From: Eledone cirrhosa
Lineage: Eukaryota
Assembly (NCBI GenBank): GCA_964016885.1
Contig: OZ024751.1
Span: forward strand, 27,590,001-27,654,000
Length of the DNA: 64,000 nucleotides
Direction of reading: 5' to 3'
Shown here piece by piece: positions 35,765-48,863 of this stretch. Numbering within the stretch: position 1 is the first letter of the stretch; every line of letters starts with the position of its first letter. A program made the position numbers and the translations under genes. The notes under the pieces are model-generated. The model saw only the letters and a program-made list of their open reading frames with translations, ran no database searches and was not told the DNA's origin.

Positions 35765-37828
35765 TTATTCCCACTCTGTGGTACCAGGAGGTTTAGAAGT
35801 TAGGTCATACATCACACGGGAAATACTGGGTACAGTACTAGTGATTGTATCTACCATGGAACTAAGGACCTCTTCAGGAAACCCTTTAGAACCAGGTGTG
35901 GCAGGTATCCCGGTCATGAAATCATTCGTAATAAATGTTCGAATAACGATCGATCTCTTTGTAGAAGGTATAGAATTCACAGGGTCCCGGTCGAAATGGA
36001 CAGGGCAAATGATTATAGGCATTTGGCTAATCTTAGCCATATATCCAGATTCATGTAATGTTTTTGTAGCTACATAATCAGCCTGTCTCAGTGTAGCAAG
36101 CACGTCTTCGGTCAGGTAGGTGGGTGTAATATCGTTGATTGGGTATCGAACCCTATCACCAAATACATAGACAACCCTGTTAATATTGTGACAGATTTTC
36201 GGTATAAATTGGGCCAACATCATCAACGTATTCCAGTCAGGTTTAGAATCTCCTGAGAAGGCAGCAACATAGCTGTAAGTACGGTGGTCTCCTTGTACAC
36301 CAACACTTTTAATAGGTAGAAGATGAGCACTCATACACTCCCGGCTGGCCGTCAACTTCGATAGTTTTATTTGTTCGTAATCAGGCAATTTTTCTTTGAC
36401 GACATCCAGAAAAGGTGGTGAAGTTTTCATAGCATTGTTGAAATTTATAATGATTTTCAGTAGCTGGTTAGTTTCGTCGAAATCTCTCTCCATATATCTA
36501 TCCTCAGCGCATATTACACGTATAGCCAAACCAGGGCCTGGAAATGGATGCCGCATCACAACTTCTGAAGGTAAACCTAGATCTTTCCCTATAATTCGCA
36601 CTTCGTCTTTATGAAAGTCCTTTAAAGGTTCTATAACACGCCCTTCTTTCCGTAATTTACGGACCAGTTCAGTATCATTGTGGTGAGTTTTAATAACATA
36701 TGCTTTGCTGCTGGCGATAAGGGATGCACTTTCGATGAGGTCCGGTCGTAAAGTACCCTGGCAAAGAATTACATCTTCTGGGTTTAACTTCATTTTTTCC
36801 AAAGTATCATTAGCAATTCTCATAAACGTATCTCCAATAATGTTTCGTTTTTCTTCCGGATTGCAAGTGTTGTTAAGGGAGTTCGTTTCTCGTCTGGTTG
36901 ATTGAGGGTCGTTTTTATTAATAGGAATAGTTGTGGTGGAATGGTAGAAGACATTTGCTGCTCGGATTACTTTCACGTCTACACCGATATTTGTTAAAGA
37001 TTTTTCAACCTGGGAAGTTTCGCTTTTCCTCATAAAACCATTGTCGATATGAATGGCCAATATTTGTTCCCTTTTCAGTGATTTATTTAGCAAAGCAGCA
37101 CAAACAGTAGAATCGACACCACCACTCAGTAACATAAGTACTTTCTTGTTGCCAACAACCTGACGAATATATTCGATGCATTTACTTTCCCGCGACTCCA
37201 TAGTAAACGAGCCATGGCAATTAGCAATGTTATAAAGGAAGTTTTTAAAAATATCCTGACCATTTTCCGTAAGATCCACTTCAGGATGGAACTGTACACC
37301 GTATATTTTCTTCTCTTCGCAACTAATCGCTGCAACAATATCTCCAGACTTAGCTATTATTTCGAATTTCTCGGCCACCTTATCCACGCTGTCGCCATGC
37401 GTTAGTAAGACTTTCTGTTTTGAATCAAGGTTCTTAAATAACAGACTCTCACTTTCGACATTAACTATAAACTGACCGTCTTCTCGTATAGCTTTCTTTG
37501 TCACAGAACCATTGAACTCTTTATTAATCAACTGCATCCCATAACATATTCCCAAGATAGGAAGACCACAATGGAATATTTCTGTGTCGTAGTCTGGGGC
37601 ATCCTCGGCATAAACAGAATTTGGTCCGCCCGATATGATGATAGCGTGATAATTTGATTCCTTTATTTTGCATGCTGTCGTGTTAAATGGTAAAATAACT
37701 GCTTTGACCATCAATTCTCGAATTTTTCTGTCTATGACCTTGCAATATTGAGCGCCTGCATCTAAAATACAGACCTTATTACACGTGGAATCAGCTAATC
37801 CATCTCCATTTGTTGTCGCCTCCGTCAT
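35765..37828 (-). CDS. GMPS: GMP synthase (glutamine-hydrolysing), single coding exon, 687 aa
   Basis: GATase triad (GICYG, QFHPE), PP-loop [25 protein letters not shown]-terminal KPPGTTEWE; animal-type length. Confidence 0.98.
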   Translation of the reverse strand: MTEATTNGDGLADSTCNKVCILDAGAQYCKVIDRKIRELMVKAVILPFNTTACKIKESNYHAIIISGGPNSVYAEDAPDYDTEIFHCGLPILGICYGMQLINKEFNGSVTKKAIREDGQFIVNVESESLLFKNLDSKQKVLLTHGDSVDKVAEKFEIIAKSGDIVAAISCEEKKIYGVQFHPEVDLTENGQDIFKNFLYNIANCHGSFTMESRESKCIEYIRQVVGNKKVLMLLSGGVDSTVCAALLNKSLKREQILAIHIDNGFMRKSETSQVEKSLTNIGVDVKVIRAANVFYHSTTTIPINKNDPQSTRRETNSLNNTCNPEEKRNIIGDTFMRIANDTLEKMKLNPEDVILCQGTLRPDLIESASLIASSKAYVIKTHHNDTELVRKLRKEGRVIEPLKDFHKDEVRIIGKDLGLPSEVVMRHPFPGPGLAIRVICAEDRYMERDFDETNQLLKIIINFNNAMKTSPPFLDVVKEKLPDYEQIKLSKLTASRECMSAHLLPIKSVGVQGDHRTYSYVAAFSGDSKPDWNTLMMLAQFIPKICHNINRVVYVFGDRVRYPINDITPTYLTEDVLATLRQADYVATKTLHESGYMAKISQMPIIICPVHFDRDPVNSIPSTKRSIVIRTFITNDFMTGIPATPGSKGFPEEVLSSMVDTITSTVPSISRVMYDLTSKPPGTTEWE

Positions 37829-38442
37829 ATCTGTTTTCCTTAATAAACACTCGTTTTAAACCAAAATTAAGTCGTATTTATTTACTGATTGTAGTACAGT
37901 CCCGTGCCGTATTCCTTCGATGTATTGTTATGAAATATACTATAAAGTCAGTCTCGTAAAAATAAATTCATAATGCACAACTTACTTGTAAGAATATATA
38001 TAAACATATATATAACATCCAGTAGAGGTCGATAATTATTGATTAGCAACGGTTATAGTCGAAAGAAATGGAACAAGCAGATGACTTTGCAGAGTGTGAA
38101 CTAACAAGACAAGTATGTTAATAACTGTATATATACATATATATAGAGATGTGTATATATAAATGTGTGTGTGTATATAATGCGTGGGTAGTGAAATCGA
38201 ACCGATCACAGTTGCGTGTTTCCAATAATTTCTTAATTCAGTTTTATTAAAAAAATACAGAAACAACCGATATTAAGAATTTGTTTTCTTTCGAAATAGC
38301 AGCAAATATAAAATAAGTGTAAAGTAAGAAGTCAATTTTTTCTGGTGAAATAATTGGCGCCTTACGTAAGGGGAGTTAATCGGTTGAGTTCGGCGATGTA
38401 AGGGAGTTAACTGAGATTAACGAAGCTGATTAATTTTACTTA

Positions 38443-38762
38443 TTGTTTCTACTTTAGGCACAAGGCCAGCACAAACCCAAGTACATTACTGGTACTTTAT
38501 TTTATCGACCCCGTAAGGATGAAAGGCAAAGTTAACCTCGGCGGGATTTGAACTCAGACTGTAAAGGGACGTAACTATGCTAGTGATTAATTTTATTAAT
38601 GAATTTATTTGTGGTACGTTCTGAGTTTAAATCCTGCCGAGGTTAGCTTTGCCTTTCATCCTTACGGGGGTCGATAAAATAAAGTACCAGTAATGCACTG
38701 GGTCTATTTCATCGACTTCCCCAACCCCAAAATTGCTGGCCTTGTGCCTATAGTAGAAACAA
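38443..38762. mobile_element. Two SINE copies in inverted orientation (ctttcatccttacggggtcgataaaataaagtaccag family)
   Basis: - copy about 38443-38575, + copy about 38615-38762. The same family occurs at 12217-12350 and 34585-34745. Confidence 0.8.
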
Positions 38763-38873
38763 GTTGCTCGCGATTCTTTCAGAAAGATATATTCTTTTAA
38801 TGTTACAATATTAAAGAAAATATAAAGGAAGGGGTGAGCAACCGAGCTAACAGAGCAAAAGACGGCAACATCG

Positions 38874-39600
38874 CTAATGATTTTTGAAGCAAGCCAGCAC
38901 ACTCGCAGCGTTGCCTTGGGTGATGGTGAGGCTAATGCGCTGGAACAACCAAGCGCCCTCGCAAGATTCGCCAGTTACTTCTATTAGGCGAGCCACCAGT
39001 GAAGAGAGGAATCTTGCAGTCAGCGGCCCAACTCCCCCAAACGTCTCGAAAGCCACAGGCTGAAAAATGTAGCTGGCTGACAGATCACAGTATTTGAGGG
39101 TCTTACATTATTTGTGGCTCTCATCCTCACCGCAGCATCCAGGATGTGGGAAAAGGCAAAAGAGTCGCTAACAGTGACGTCCCAGACAAGGCACCTGCCT
39201 CTCGACCAGGGGCACAGGGTAAGGCCGTCAGGTTTTTTGCCGTCACTTCTGGACAACCCAGATGCTTCTAAGATTAAGGGGATGTTCACCCAGGCCAAAG
39301 CTCTCTTGAGAATGAGGTTTAGCTCTGTGTGATGCGCGAAGTAGCCGGCATTCAGGCAGCAAGAAAGACTATGGCACCTCAAACCCATGCAGACGTCAGC
39401 TCCCACTCTGAGGGCGATGGAGACACAAAGTTCGTCCAGGCTGAGTAGGCCACCTACGTTGGCCACGGGTAGGTAATCAACCCAGTCGCCTGAGTATTTG
39501 GCACTGGCAGATAGTAAGCGGCACCTTCCAAACTGATCCAACTGGACGAAGAGGGAGTCGAAGGTGACCTCAAACTTGTGCTGTCCCAAGTTCTCTGACT
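38874..39600 (-). mobile_element. CRE-clade non-LTR retrotransposon C-terminal fragment (restriction-like endonuclease)
   Basis: SGDW...P, H.LSC, H..LN..LKRAL, DGKKPDGLTLCPWSRGRCLVWDVT, AFETFG, FQRISL..QGNAASV. Confidence 0.8.
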
Positions 39601-39889
39601 TCGAGTGTCCTCCACCTTCTCAGGAAGTATTTAATTAGGACTCTTTACGTTTCTAGTTGAAACACTACCGAGATCTTGCCTGTCATCCTTCATGACCGCA
39701 TATAATAAAGTAGCAGTCGATATTGAAGGCGATTTAATCGATTTTTCTTTCCTCTTCCCTCAAATGTACTGAATAAAATGATGACAGCTGGTAATTTTAA
39801 TTCTAATACCAAATAGAAGCCCGACCAATAACTTTCAGGCCTCTAACAATGACACACCACCCCTGTGTGGACTCCGCCAAGACCATAGA

Positions 39890-40500
39890 ACAGCTATTGA
39901 CCCTATAACAGGACCACCAACAAGACCTGTCTGTGGAGGTAATATAGCCAGCAACTACAGGATCCCTACTTCCTCCTCTCTGTGCGTCCCCTAATTAAGA
40001 TGTTCCCAGATGTGTGTGACAGCACAGAGGACTTCCTCAGCAGAATCAACGATTGCAACCGGACTGAAGACCTGACAAACTGCATAATAGGCAGTATGGA
40101 TGTAGTGTCCCTGTACCCATTCATTGACATTGATTTTGCTGTGGAAATAATCAGTGAGAGTGAGGTAGAGTTCTGTGATGTTGACACAGATGAACTGGCC
40201 CTCCTACTTAGACTTACATGTGACAGTGAATATTTAGACAATTATGACCTTAGCAGTTTCTGCCCCAATAGATCAATAAGAGGTAGACCCCCTTTCCCCG
40301 CCACTACCACCACCACCATAACTTCGATGGCTAAAAAGACTCCCATAGGAAGATGGAATGAGTGAACCAAAGCCATACGGACACCCGAGAACAACGATCA
40401 GGTGAGAAATTATCGCACAGCCAGTAGGGGGCTACTATTAAAACTACACTAAAGAGCTACATGTTTAAATTTAATGAGAAAATCCACACCCAAGATGAAA
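39890..40500 (+). mobile_element. Second Penelope-like RT fragment, same family as 31020-33160
   Basis: Closely similar translation (DVCDSTED.LSRI..CN, GSMDVVSLYP). Confidence 0.88.
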
Positions 40501-40504
40501 GAGG

Positions 40505-40630
40505 TGTGAAGGCCCGTGGCTGAGTGGTTAGAGAATTGGATTCGCAATCATGAGGTTGTGAGTTCGATTCCCGGGCTGGGTGATGCATTATGTCCTTGGA
40601 CAAGACACTTTATTTCATGTTGCGCCTTCT
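40505..40630 (+). mobile_element. tRNA-derived SINE head
   Basis: A box tggctgagtgg and B box gttcgattcc, followed by gtccttggacaagacact; no full cloverleaf. Confidence 0.7.
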
Positions 40631-42087
40631 ACCTGGAGTTGCGACCTATAGAGAGTATTAGCAATTAGAAAGACCACTGGAAACATTGTTTCCTCGGTCC
40701 GATTTGACAAAAGTCGATCGACTGTCGATAGAAAAAGGTAATTTATTTAAAACAGTGGAAATGTGTCTATACAGATATAAGAAATAAAATGAACACTGAA
40801 AATACTTAAATTCTGGTTTTAAACTATTTTCTCTTAGCCAAAAGTGGATTTTCCCTTGTGATTATATTTCTGTTCACCTGTCAGAGATATTTAGAACCAT
40901 ATTGTTGAAATTTAGACTCTTATTTTAACAATCTTAATTAAAATAACGCAAAAAGGGTTTATGACAAATAAAATGAATCGAGGCAGAGCTGTGTGGTTAA
41001 GAAATTCACTTCGCAACCATGAGATTCTGAGTTTACTCCCACGGTACCTTGGACAAGAGTCTTCTATTATAACCATCGGATGATGAATGCCTTGTCATTG
41101 AAATTTGGTAGAAGGAACCTAGAGAAGCCTGTCGAATGTGTGTCCATGTCTGTATTTACGTCACGTAACATTAGCAGATCAATAAAATAAGTATCAAACT
41201 TGAAGAAATAATTACTGGAGTCGATATGATCGAATCTCTTTAAGGCAAAATAATCAAAACCAGGAAATGAATAGCATTATAAATTAGTACTTCGGTTGTT
41301 TATAGCTAAACCAGTTTTTTGTGAGGAATAAAATAAGGCAATTTTCAACTCATTTCAGCTCAATCAATTATTATTCGTCTTTCATGAAAAAAAAGAAGAA
41401 AAAAGACCGTTATTGATCTGTTCTGGGGAAATCAATATACTCTGATAAATTATTGAAGGAAATTGGACGTGAAGCCTATCCTTAATTACTGCCTAAAGTT
41501 TAAAACAATAACATAGCTTTAATAAAGATTATAATAATTCTGTATATTTAATGTGGAATTATATTAGCAAAAATGTTTATGAAGACTACAAAATCTTTTT
41601 TTTTCTTCTTTTACTGTTTCGTCCAATGGATTGAACTTCAGAACCAAAATCTGACATTTGTATAAGAAATTAAAATATCTAAAATAATACACTAAAATAT
41701 TACTTGATCATACAGATTTCTGATTTATATATAATAAGTAGGGACATTTTTGGCTAAAAAGTCTAAAATTTAATATAAAGTAAAAATAAAATCTAAAAAA
41801 TGTTAAATATCAAATATTGATTAAAATATTATTTCAAATATTCAAAGAAAACATCAGAAGTCTTAGGGAAAGAAAACAAATTAAACAAGAAATGAAACTG
41901 GTGAAAACTAGAATCAGTGGTGATAGGGTGTAACTAAATTTAGATATACAGGCTACACACACACACGTGTGTGTTTGTGTGTGTTTTGATATATATACGG
42001 GCGAAGGCTTCAAGAACATCATCTTTGTCCGTTCCCTTGTCATTTTAATTTGGATTGCCTCCAGAATGTAACCTTATTATGTAAGAA

Positions 42088-42162
42088 GCTGTCTGATGAG
42101 ATCACGGCACTGGATACGCGGAATCGCATGGCCACTGTCGTCATTGAAATATGTATCACAGC
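42088..42162 (+). ncRNA. Type I hammerhead ribozyme motif with extended stem II
   Basis: gctgt-CTGATGA-long imperfect hairpin-GAAA-TATGTA-TC-acagc. Confidence 0.65.
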
Positions 42163-43279
42163 CTTATCAATAAAGGACTTTAACATTTGAAACTACTTCG
42201 TATTTTCTTATTCTATATATGTATATATTCTCTAAAAAAAATTCTTTTATTTCTGTCACTGCCTGTCTCCTCAATCTTTCTATTTCTTCTTTAATTTTTC
42301 ATTCTATTTCCTGATGAAGGACTAGCATCCAAAACGTTAAAACTCTTTTCCTATTATAAGCATAAAATTAATAATATATTTCTTCATTACACTGTGTCGT
42401 CTGCTTTGTTATTTCTGATTGCTTTTTGTACATATATATATATATCATCATCATCATTTTACGTCCGCTTTTCCCTTAAAATTATATGTCATGTTTGAGA
42501 TATTCTTGAATATGCGTCTTATCCCCTGAGAATAAGCTCAAAGAATAAATCTGAACATTTAATCATTACAAAATAGTGAATGACATATATACATACATAT
42601 ATATCTAATGATATAAACGTACAATAGAGCATATCAACTTTAACAAGAGACAATCTGTATAGAATGTAAGAACACATGATTCATTACAGTATCATTAAAA
42701 TGTAACAAAAATTTCAAATATAAATACCTGATAAAAATTATATATATTTCTCCTTTATACGTATCCTTCAGAAATCTTGAATACGTTTCACCAAAAATGT
42801 CAGTGCAGTTAGATGATTGAACTGGATCGTCAGTAAAGGAGAATCGATCCATCTGAACTTACACACAAAATATACAGAACTGAGAACAGCGAAAGAAGCA
42901 CAAGGTGTTATCAAAGTATTACTGTATACTGTCACTGTCCCAGTGACGTGAAAGGGTTTAAGGACAACTAGAAATAGCAGCGTAATCTCTCAACATGGTG
43001 AAAGCTCTACTTAGCAGGAGCATAAATATATTACATTTAAAATTATAGATATCATGTTTGAGATAATCTTGAACATTTGCCTTATGCATATATATATGCA
43101 AGTGGGGAGACCCAAGAAGACCTGGGATGAGGTTGTAAAAGCTGACCTTGCCCATTACACCTCTCAAAGGTGATGACATAGGACCGAGATCTCTGGCGAT
43201 ATGCAGTAATACAGAAGTCCTGACTTCCCACGGGTACAGGTTGAATCTGAAACATATATACAGTATACCCCAACCCTCC

Positions 43280-43630
43280 TCCCACTGTAAAGTGGTCGTG
43301 TAGGCCATTACAACAAAAAGCACCCAGTCCACACTGTAAAGTGGTCGTGTAGGTGTTACAACAAAAAGCACCCAGTCCACACTGTAAAGTGGTCGTGTAG
43401 GCCATTACAACAAAAAGCACCCAGTCCACACTGTAAAGTGGTTGTGTAGGCGTCACAACAAAAAGCACCCAGTCCACACTGTAAAGTGGTCGTGTAGGCC
43501 ATTACAACAAAAAGCATCCAGCCCACACTATAAAGTGGTCATGTAGGCATCACAACAAAAAGCATCCAGCCCACACTGTAAAATGGTTGTGTAGGTGTCA
43601 CAATAAAAAGCACCCAGTACTCACTGTAAA
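43280..43630 (+). repeat. SINE-internal ~48-49-bp tandem repeat, about 7 copies
   Basis: ccacactgtaaagtggtcgtgtaggccattacaacaaaaagcacccagt units inside a SINE copy. Confidence 0.85.
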
Positions 43631-44644
43631 TGAGGTTGGCTTTAGGAAGGGCATCCAGCTGTAGAAATCAAGCCAAAATCAGTTCTGCATGAGCAAGACA
43701 TGGTCACCCCTTACCCACAACAGGACAATTCTTCAAACCCATGCTAGTGTGAAAATATGGACGTATAACAGTAATGATGTATATATTATATGTGTGTGTG
43801 TGATGGTGAAAACAAGACTTATCAACAAATTTTATTCCTTACACAATGTTTCATCATCAACGGTAATATTTGTATTCTTATGGAAAGAATTAAATAAGAA
43901 TTATATACCTCTGTAGAATTGTACCGCTTCAAACACTTCTATTTTTTTTAAATTTGATTTGCAAGATTTCTTATCTGAAAACATGTGTTGAAACAGATAT
44001 TGTTATACTTTGGGAGGGTCATGTTGCCAATAAAAACTGAGTGGAATATGATGATGATATATACATATATTTATTATGGAAATAATGGAAGAATGGAGGA
44101 AGTAGGGCACACTACATTAGAGATCTGAAGGACAGCTAGGCGACAAGAATACTTAGCAAGAAGGGAAGCGCAGGATAGAAAATTCAAGCATATTTTGAAG
44201 CGTGAGGAACAATGACTATAGCAAGGAATTTAGCATACAGGTTGGTGTTCATCAGGGTTCTCAGGTCTCTCCTGTAAAGTGTTTGTGTAGGTGTCACAAC
44301 AAAAAGCACCCAGTACTCACTGTAAACGAGGTTGGTTTTAGGAAGGGCATCCAGCTGTAGAAATCAAGTCAAAATTAGTTCTATATCAGCAAGACATGGT
44401 CACCTGGCCTAGTATTACCCACAACAGGACAACTCTTCAAACCCATGCTAGCATGGAAAAATGGACGTAAAACAGATGATGATGATGATAATGATGATAT
44501 ATTTATATGATATATATATATATATAATAATAATAGAAAGGATGGAGTGTTAAGTCTTCATTATGTTTGTTGAGGTGTGACCCGCATTTCACGATTGATC
44601 AGCTCAAGGCTCAATCTGTATTGATCTGGCCCGACTCTGGAATA

Positions 44645-45855
44645 CACTTTTCCTTGTTTGCAAGGGTTGGATGGGTCCTATTCAGCACAGCATCTCTCCA
44701 TTGGTCACGGTCCTTCGTCAATTCCTCTATGAGCTTCATCGATCTGAGGTCAGCTCTCACCACCCCCGCCCATGTTTTTTGTGGTCATCCTCTACTGCGC
44801 CTTCCTTCCACTGGGATTTCTTGGCACTTTTTTACCCAGCAGTCATCTTCCATGCGCATCACATGTCCATGCCAATGCAGTCTTCTCTCCCGCACACTAT
44901 AGTTTATCCCTCTTATACGCAATTTCACTCTCAACTCGTCCATGCTTGGTCATTCATGCACATTGACATTGCACATCCATTTGAGCATGCTTGCTTTTTT
45001 TTCTCTCCAGCCTTTGCATATCCTCTGCAGTTGCTGCTTATGTCTCACTACCATGCAGCATTGCGCATCTCACACAGGCATCATACAACTGTTCTTTCGT
45101 TCGTAGGGAGAAACCCTTCATTGTCAACAAAGAAAGCAGCTCCCTAAACTTCTTATTCTAGATACTATGGGATTGGAGCATCCTCCTCCCTTGAAAATCT
45201 GATCACCTAGGTATTGGAAGCTATCAACCATCTCTATAGATCCTACCTGTGTTTGAAAAATGTGCCTATCACTGACATTTCTACTATCAATTTTCCCTGT
45301 ACATTTACAACATATGAAGTTTTCCTTTTCTATTAGTTTGCCTGCTATCCCACTACACCTCTTGTGTACCCAATATCTGCATTGTGCACATTTTATAGAA
45401 TTTATGCCAGTTCCTTTTCTACATATCTAACATGGCCATTTCCCTGAAGGAATCAGAGTTTTGTCCTCTTTTCTACTTATCAACACTTTTGTCTTAGCTA
45501 GGTTCACTCTCAGTCCTCTTGCTTCCAACTGCTGTTTCCACAGCCGGAATTTATTCTCTAGCTCCTCTACTGATTCTGCTATAAGAACCAGATCGTCAGC
45601 ATAGAGAAGTTCCCATGGACAGCCAGTCTTAAACCCCTTTGTTATGGCTTGGAGGACTATAATGAACAAGAGCAGGCTAGGGACGAACCCCGATGTACTC
45701 CTACTTGTATCTGGAATTCCTCACTAAACTCCATTCCTACCTCACTTTACTGACAGCACCTCTGTACATAGCTTGCATTGTCCTCACAAGCCATTCCTCT
45801 ACACCTAGTTTCCTTAGTGACCACCAGATAACAGATCAGGGTACTCTATCAAAGG
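44645..45855 (-). mobile_element. PHD-finger RTE LINE 3' part
   Basis: GCPWELLYADDLVLIAES...LRVNLAKTKVL...GKWPC; highly similar to 6619-7608. Confidence 0.88.
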
Positions 45856-46404
45856 CATATATATATAATATATCATCATCATCATCTTCGTTTAACGTCC
45901 ATTTTCCACGCTATCGGTTTAAATGAGGTTGTACGGAAAAGGAAAAACAACTGTGCAAATATGCATCTGCAGAAACAGTCACGTCTTCAGGGGAAAGTAG
46001 GTCTATGATAGATCAATGCAAGGGAGATAACTGTGGAGGCTTGGAATAAATTATTCATGTTATTCAGAATATTATAGATTGTTCATGTTAGTCAATCTGG
46101 AGCTTTGTAATTATGTAATAGGTGTTTCCAGACGTGTGGAAGCGTGCCTGAATCTTCAGTCGACCTTTACCTGGAATTATGGATCAGGTTATGAAAGTGG
46201 CAGAGAAAATATTAGCGCAACTGATTAGAGAAAGGGTCAAATTAGATGAGATGCAATTTGGTTTTGTGCCTGGGAAAAGTACAACAGATGCTCTCTTCTT
46301 AGTGAGACAACTACAAGAGAAGAATAAGCCACTATACTTAGCTTTTGTGACCTAGAGAAAGGAAATTAGGTGTAGAGGAATGGCTTGTGAGGGCAGTGCA
46401 AGCT

Positions 46405-46650
46405 ATGGTGAGGGTTTGGGGAGGGTTTGGGGACGGCTAGTGAGGGTTTGGGGAGAGTTAGTGCAGATAGGTGAGGGTTGGGGAGGGTTAGTGAGTGTTT
46501 GGGGAGGGTTAGTGAGTGTTTGGAGAGGGCTAGTGAGGATTTGGGGAGGGTTAGTGAGGGTTTGAAGGCAGTATGGGGAGGGTTAGTGACGGTAGGGGAG
46601 GGTTGGGGAGTGTTTAGGGAGGGTTAGTGAGGCTTTGGGGAGGGCTAAGA
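46405..46650. repeat. G-rich ~21-bp tandem repeat (gggttagtgagggtttgggga)
   Basis: Tandem units directly following an RTE fragment at about 46170-46405. Confidence 0.8.
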
Positions 46651-46799
46651 TAAAAGTTACAAATGAAACAACAAATCAATAAAAATAAGTAAAACAAAAA
46701 AGAAAAGAAACAGACTTCCTAAATAAGTTACGTAAGTTTACACTTTCTATAACAAGATATGTAAGTGTTACACTTCCTATGACATGATACATAAGTGTC

Positions 46800-47880
46800 A
46801 CACTTACCACCACCACTACCACCATTATTACCACCAGCACCACGACCAACACCATCCACACTACCACTACCACAAGCACTACTACCACCAACACCACAAT
46901 CCGACCACCACCATCTCCACGACCACAACCACTACTAGCACCACTACCACCATCCACACAACCACCAGCACTACCACCACCAGTACCCACACTACCACAA
47001 CCACTACCACCCACACTACCACCACAACCCATACTACCACCAACATCCAGACTAAAACCACCCACATACCACAACCACTACCACCACAATCCACACTACC
47101 ACTATCACCACCACTACCACAACCAATACCGCCAACACAAACACTGCACTACCACAACCACTACTACCACCAGCCACACTACCAACATCCTACTATCACC
47201 AGCACCACCACAACCACTACTACCACCATCCACACTACCAATACCTCTACCACTACCACCACCACCACCATAACAACCAGTACCACTACAACCCACACTA
47301 CCATCACCACCAACACGACCACCATGAATACCACCACCACCTACAATATCATCACAACGACTCCCAACACCACCCACACCACCAACACCATCACCACCAC
47401 TAACACCACCCACACCATCACTCCCTACACTACCACCACCACAACCACTACAGTACAACCACACTACTACCACCACTAACAACACCACCACCACTATCAC
47501 ACCACCCACACTACCACCAACGACTCCACCACCACGACCACCACCCACACTACCACCACTAACACTACTACCACTACTACCACTACCATCACCACAACCA
47601 CTACCACCATCACCACCACCCACCACCACCACCACCCACCATCCACACTACCATCACCACTACTACCACCACCACCACCATCACCACCACCATCACCACC
47701 ACCACTACACTACCACCACCACACTACCATCAGCACCACCATCACCACTCCCACCCCCACCACACTACCATCACCACCATCACCAGCACCACCACCACCA
47801 CACTACCATCACCACCGCCACCATCACCACTCTACCATCACCACTCCCACCCCCACCGACTACCACCACCACTTCCCTCA
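46800..47880. repeat. Degenerate (ACC)n trinucleotide tract
   Basis: Directly visible. Confidence 0.92.
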
Positions 47881-48571
47881 TTTCAGTCAGACAAGCCACC
47901 AACAATGATAAAAACTTCATTTTTACTGGCTCAGCTCCTCTAAACATCTTCAATATAAGATTATAGCTAGCTACCTATTGTCTAGCTACCTAGCATCTAT
48001 CTATGGAACAACTGGTGCTTTTCTTTCTGTAATTGGGGGATTTATTCAGTTACCGTCTGCAGAAATGGATAAAACAATTTACTTATGAGCTCATATGAGA
48101 GAAATTCTTATCTGCAATAAGTTGTTTTAGTAGGACACTTAAAATACATGCCTGACCATAACTGTCACCAATATGTCCCAGATCCTCATAGAACATCGTT
48201 AACTTTCATATACTGATACTTTCCAACATTTCACCCACAGATGTCCTCCCTCGTCTACTCCAATGTTCTCTACAGCTTGCTAATCTCATGCCACCACCAC
48301 TGAAGTACTCCTAACATATTCATTTCTTCTCTACTTGTGTTTAACACCACTGCTAAACCTAGTCATTCTTCCCAAAAATGTCAGCCCTAACTCATCACTC
48401 ATATTGTGTAGAATCCTTCAGGCCCCACACTAGCCACTTCTCCCAGTTCTTCCTGGCCAGAGTGTTGGCTCTCTGGAGCCCCCTCCTAACTCATTTGCCT
48501 TTCCTTCACTGATCCTGCATTCCCTACACATAGGAAAAAGATGCAATGATCATAACTGGGATACCTTAGAT

Positions 48572-48863
48572 CAGGGGTTCTCAACCTTTTTTTCGCTGTG
48601 GACCACCAAAATAAGTAATTTTTTCCTGTGGACCACCTAAACTTTTAAATCTTTTTTAATAGAACTGCTAGAGACATTCTAACCACATGCCCATAGTATC
48701 AGAACTGTGATCTCTAAATTTTCAAATATAATGGACATGTGTGTAATTAAACAAAATATTATATTAGTTACATTTTTGTGAAATGGCTACGAATTCTCTG
48801 TGGACCACTAGAAATGCTATGTGGACCACCGGTGGTCCACCTGGACCACGTTGAGAATCACTG
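48572..48863. mobile_element. hAT (Charlie-like) MITE with 8-bp TSD CCTTAGAT
   Basis: TIRs caggggttctcaac / gttgagaatcactg; identical ccttagat at 48564-48571 and 48864-48871. Confidence 0.9.

Noticed and set aside
35765-37828. Horizontal transfer of a bacterial guaA to explain the lack of introns
   Set aside because: Length and sequence are colinear with animal GMPS, including the extra segment absent from the shorter bacterial GuaA.
40505-40580. tRNA gene
   Set aside because: A and B boxes are present, but there is no acceptor stem and it continues into a SINE body.
42640-42960. Possible exon or ORF in unique-looking sequence
   Set aside because: No frame with both convincing splice sites and recognisable homology.
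46676-47635. Thr/His-rich mucin-like and Gly/Val-rich ORFs
   Set aside because: Translations of a degenerate (ACC)n tract; no signal peptide, splice context or unique domain seen.
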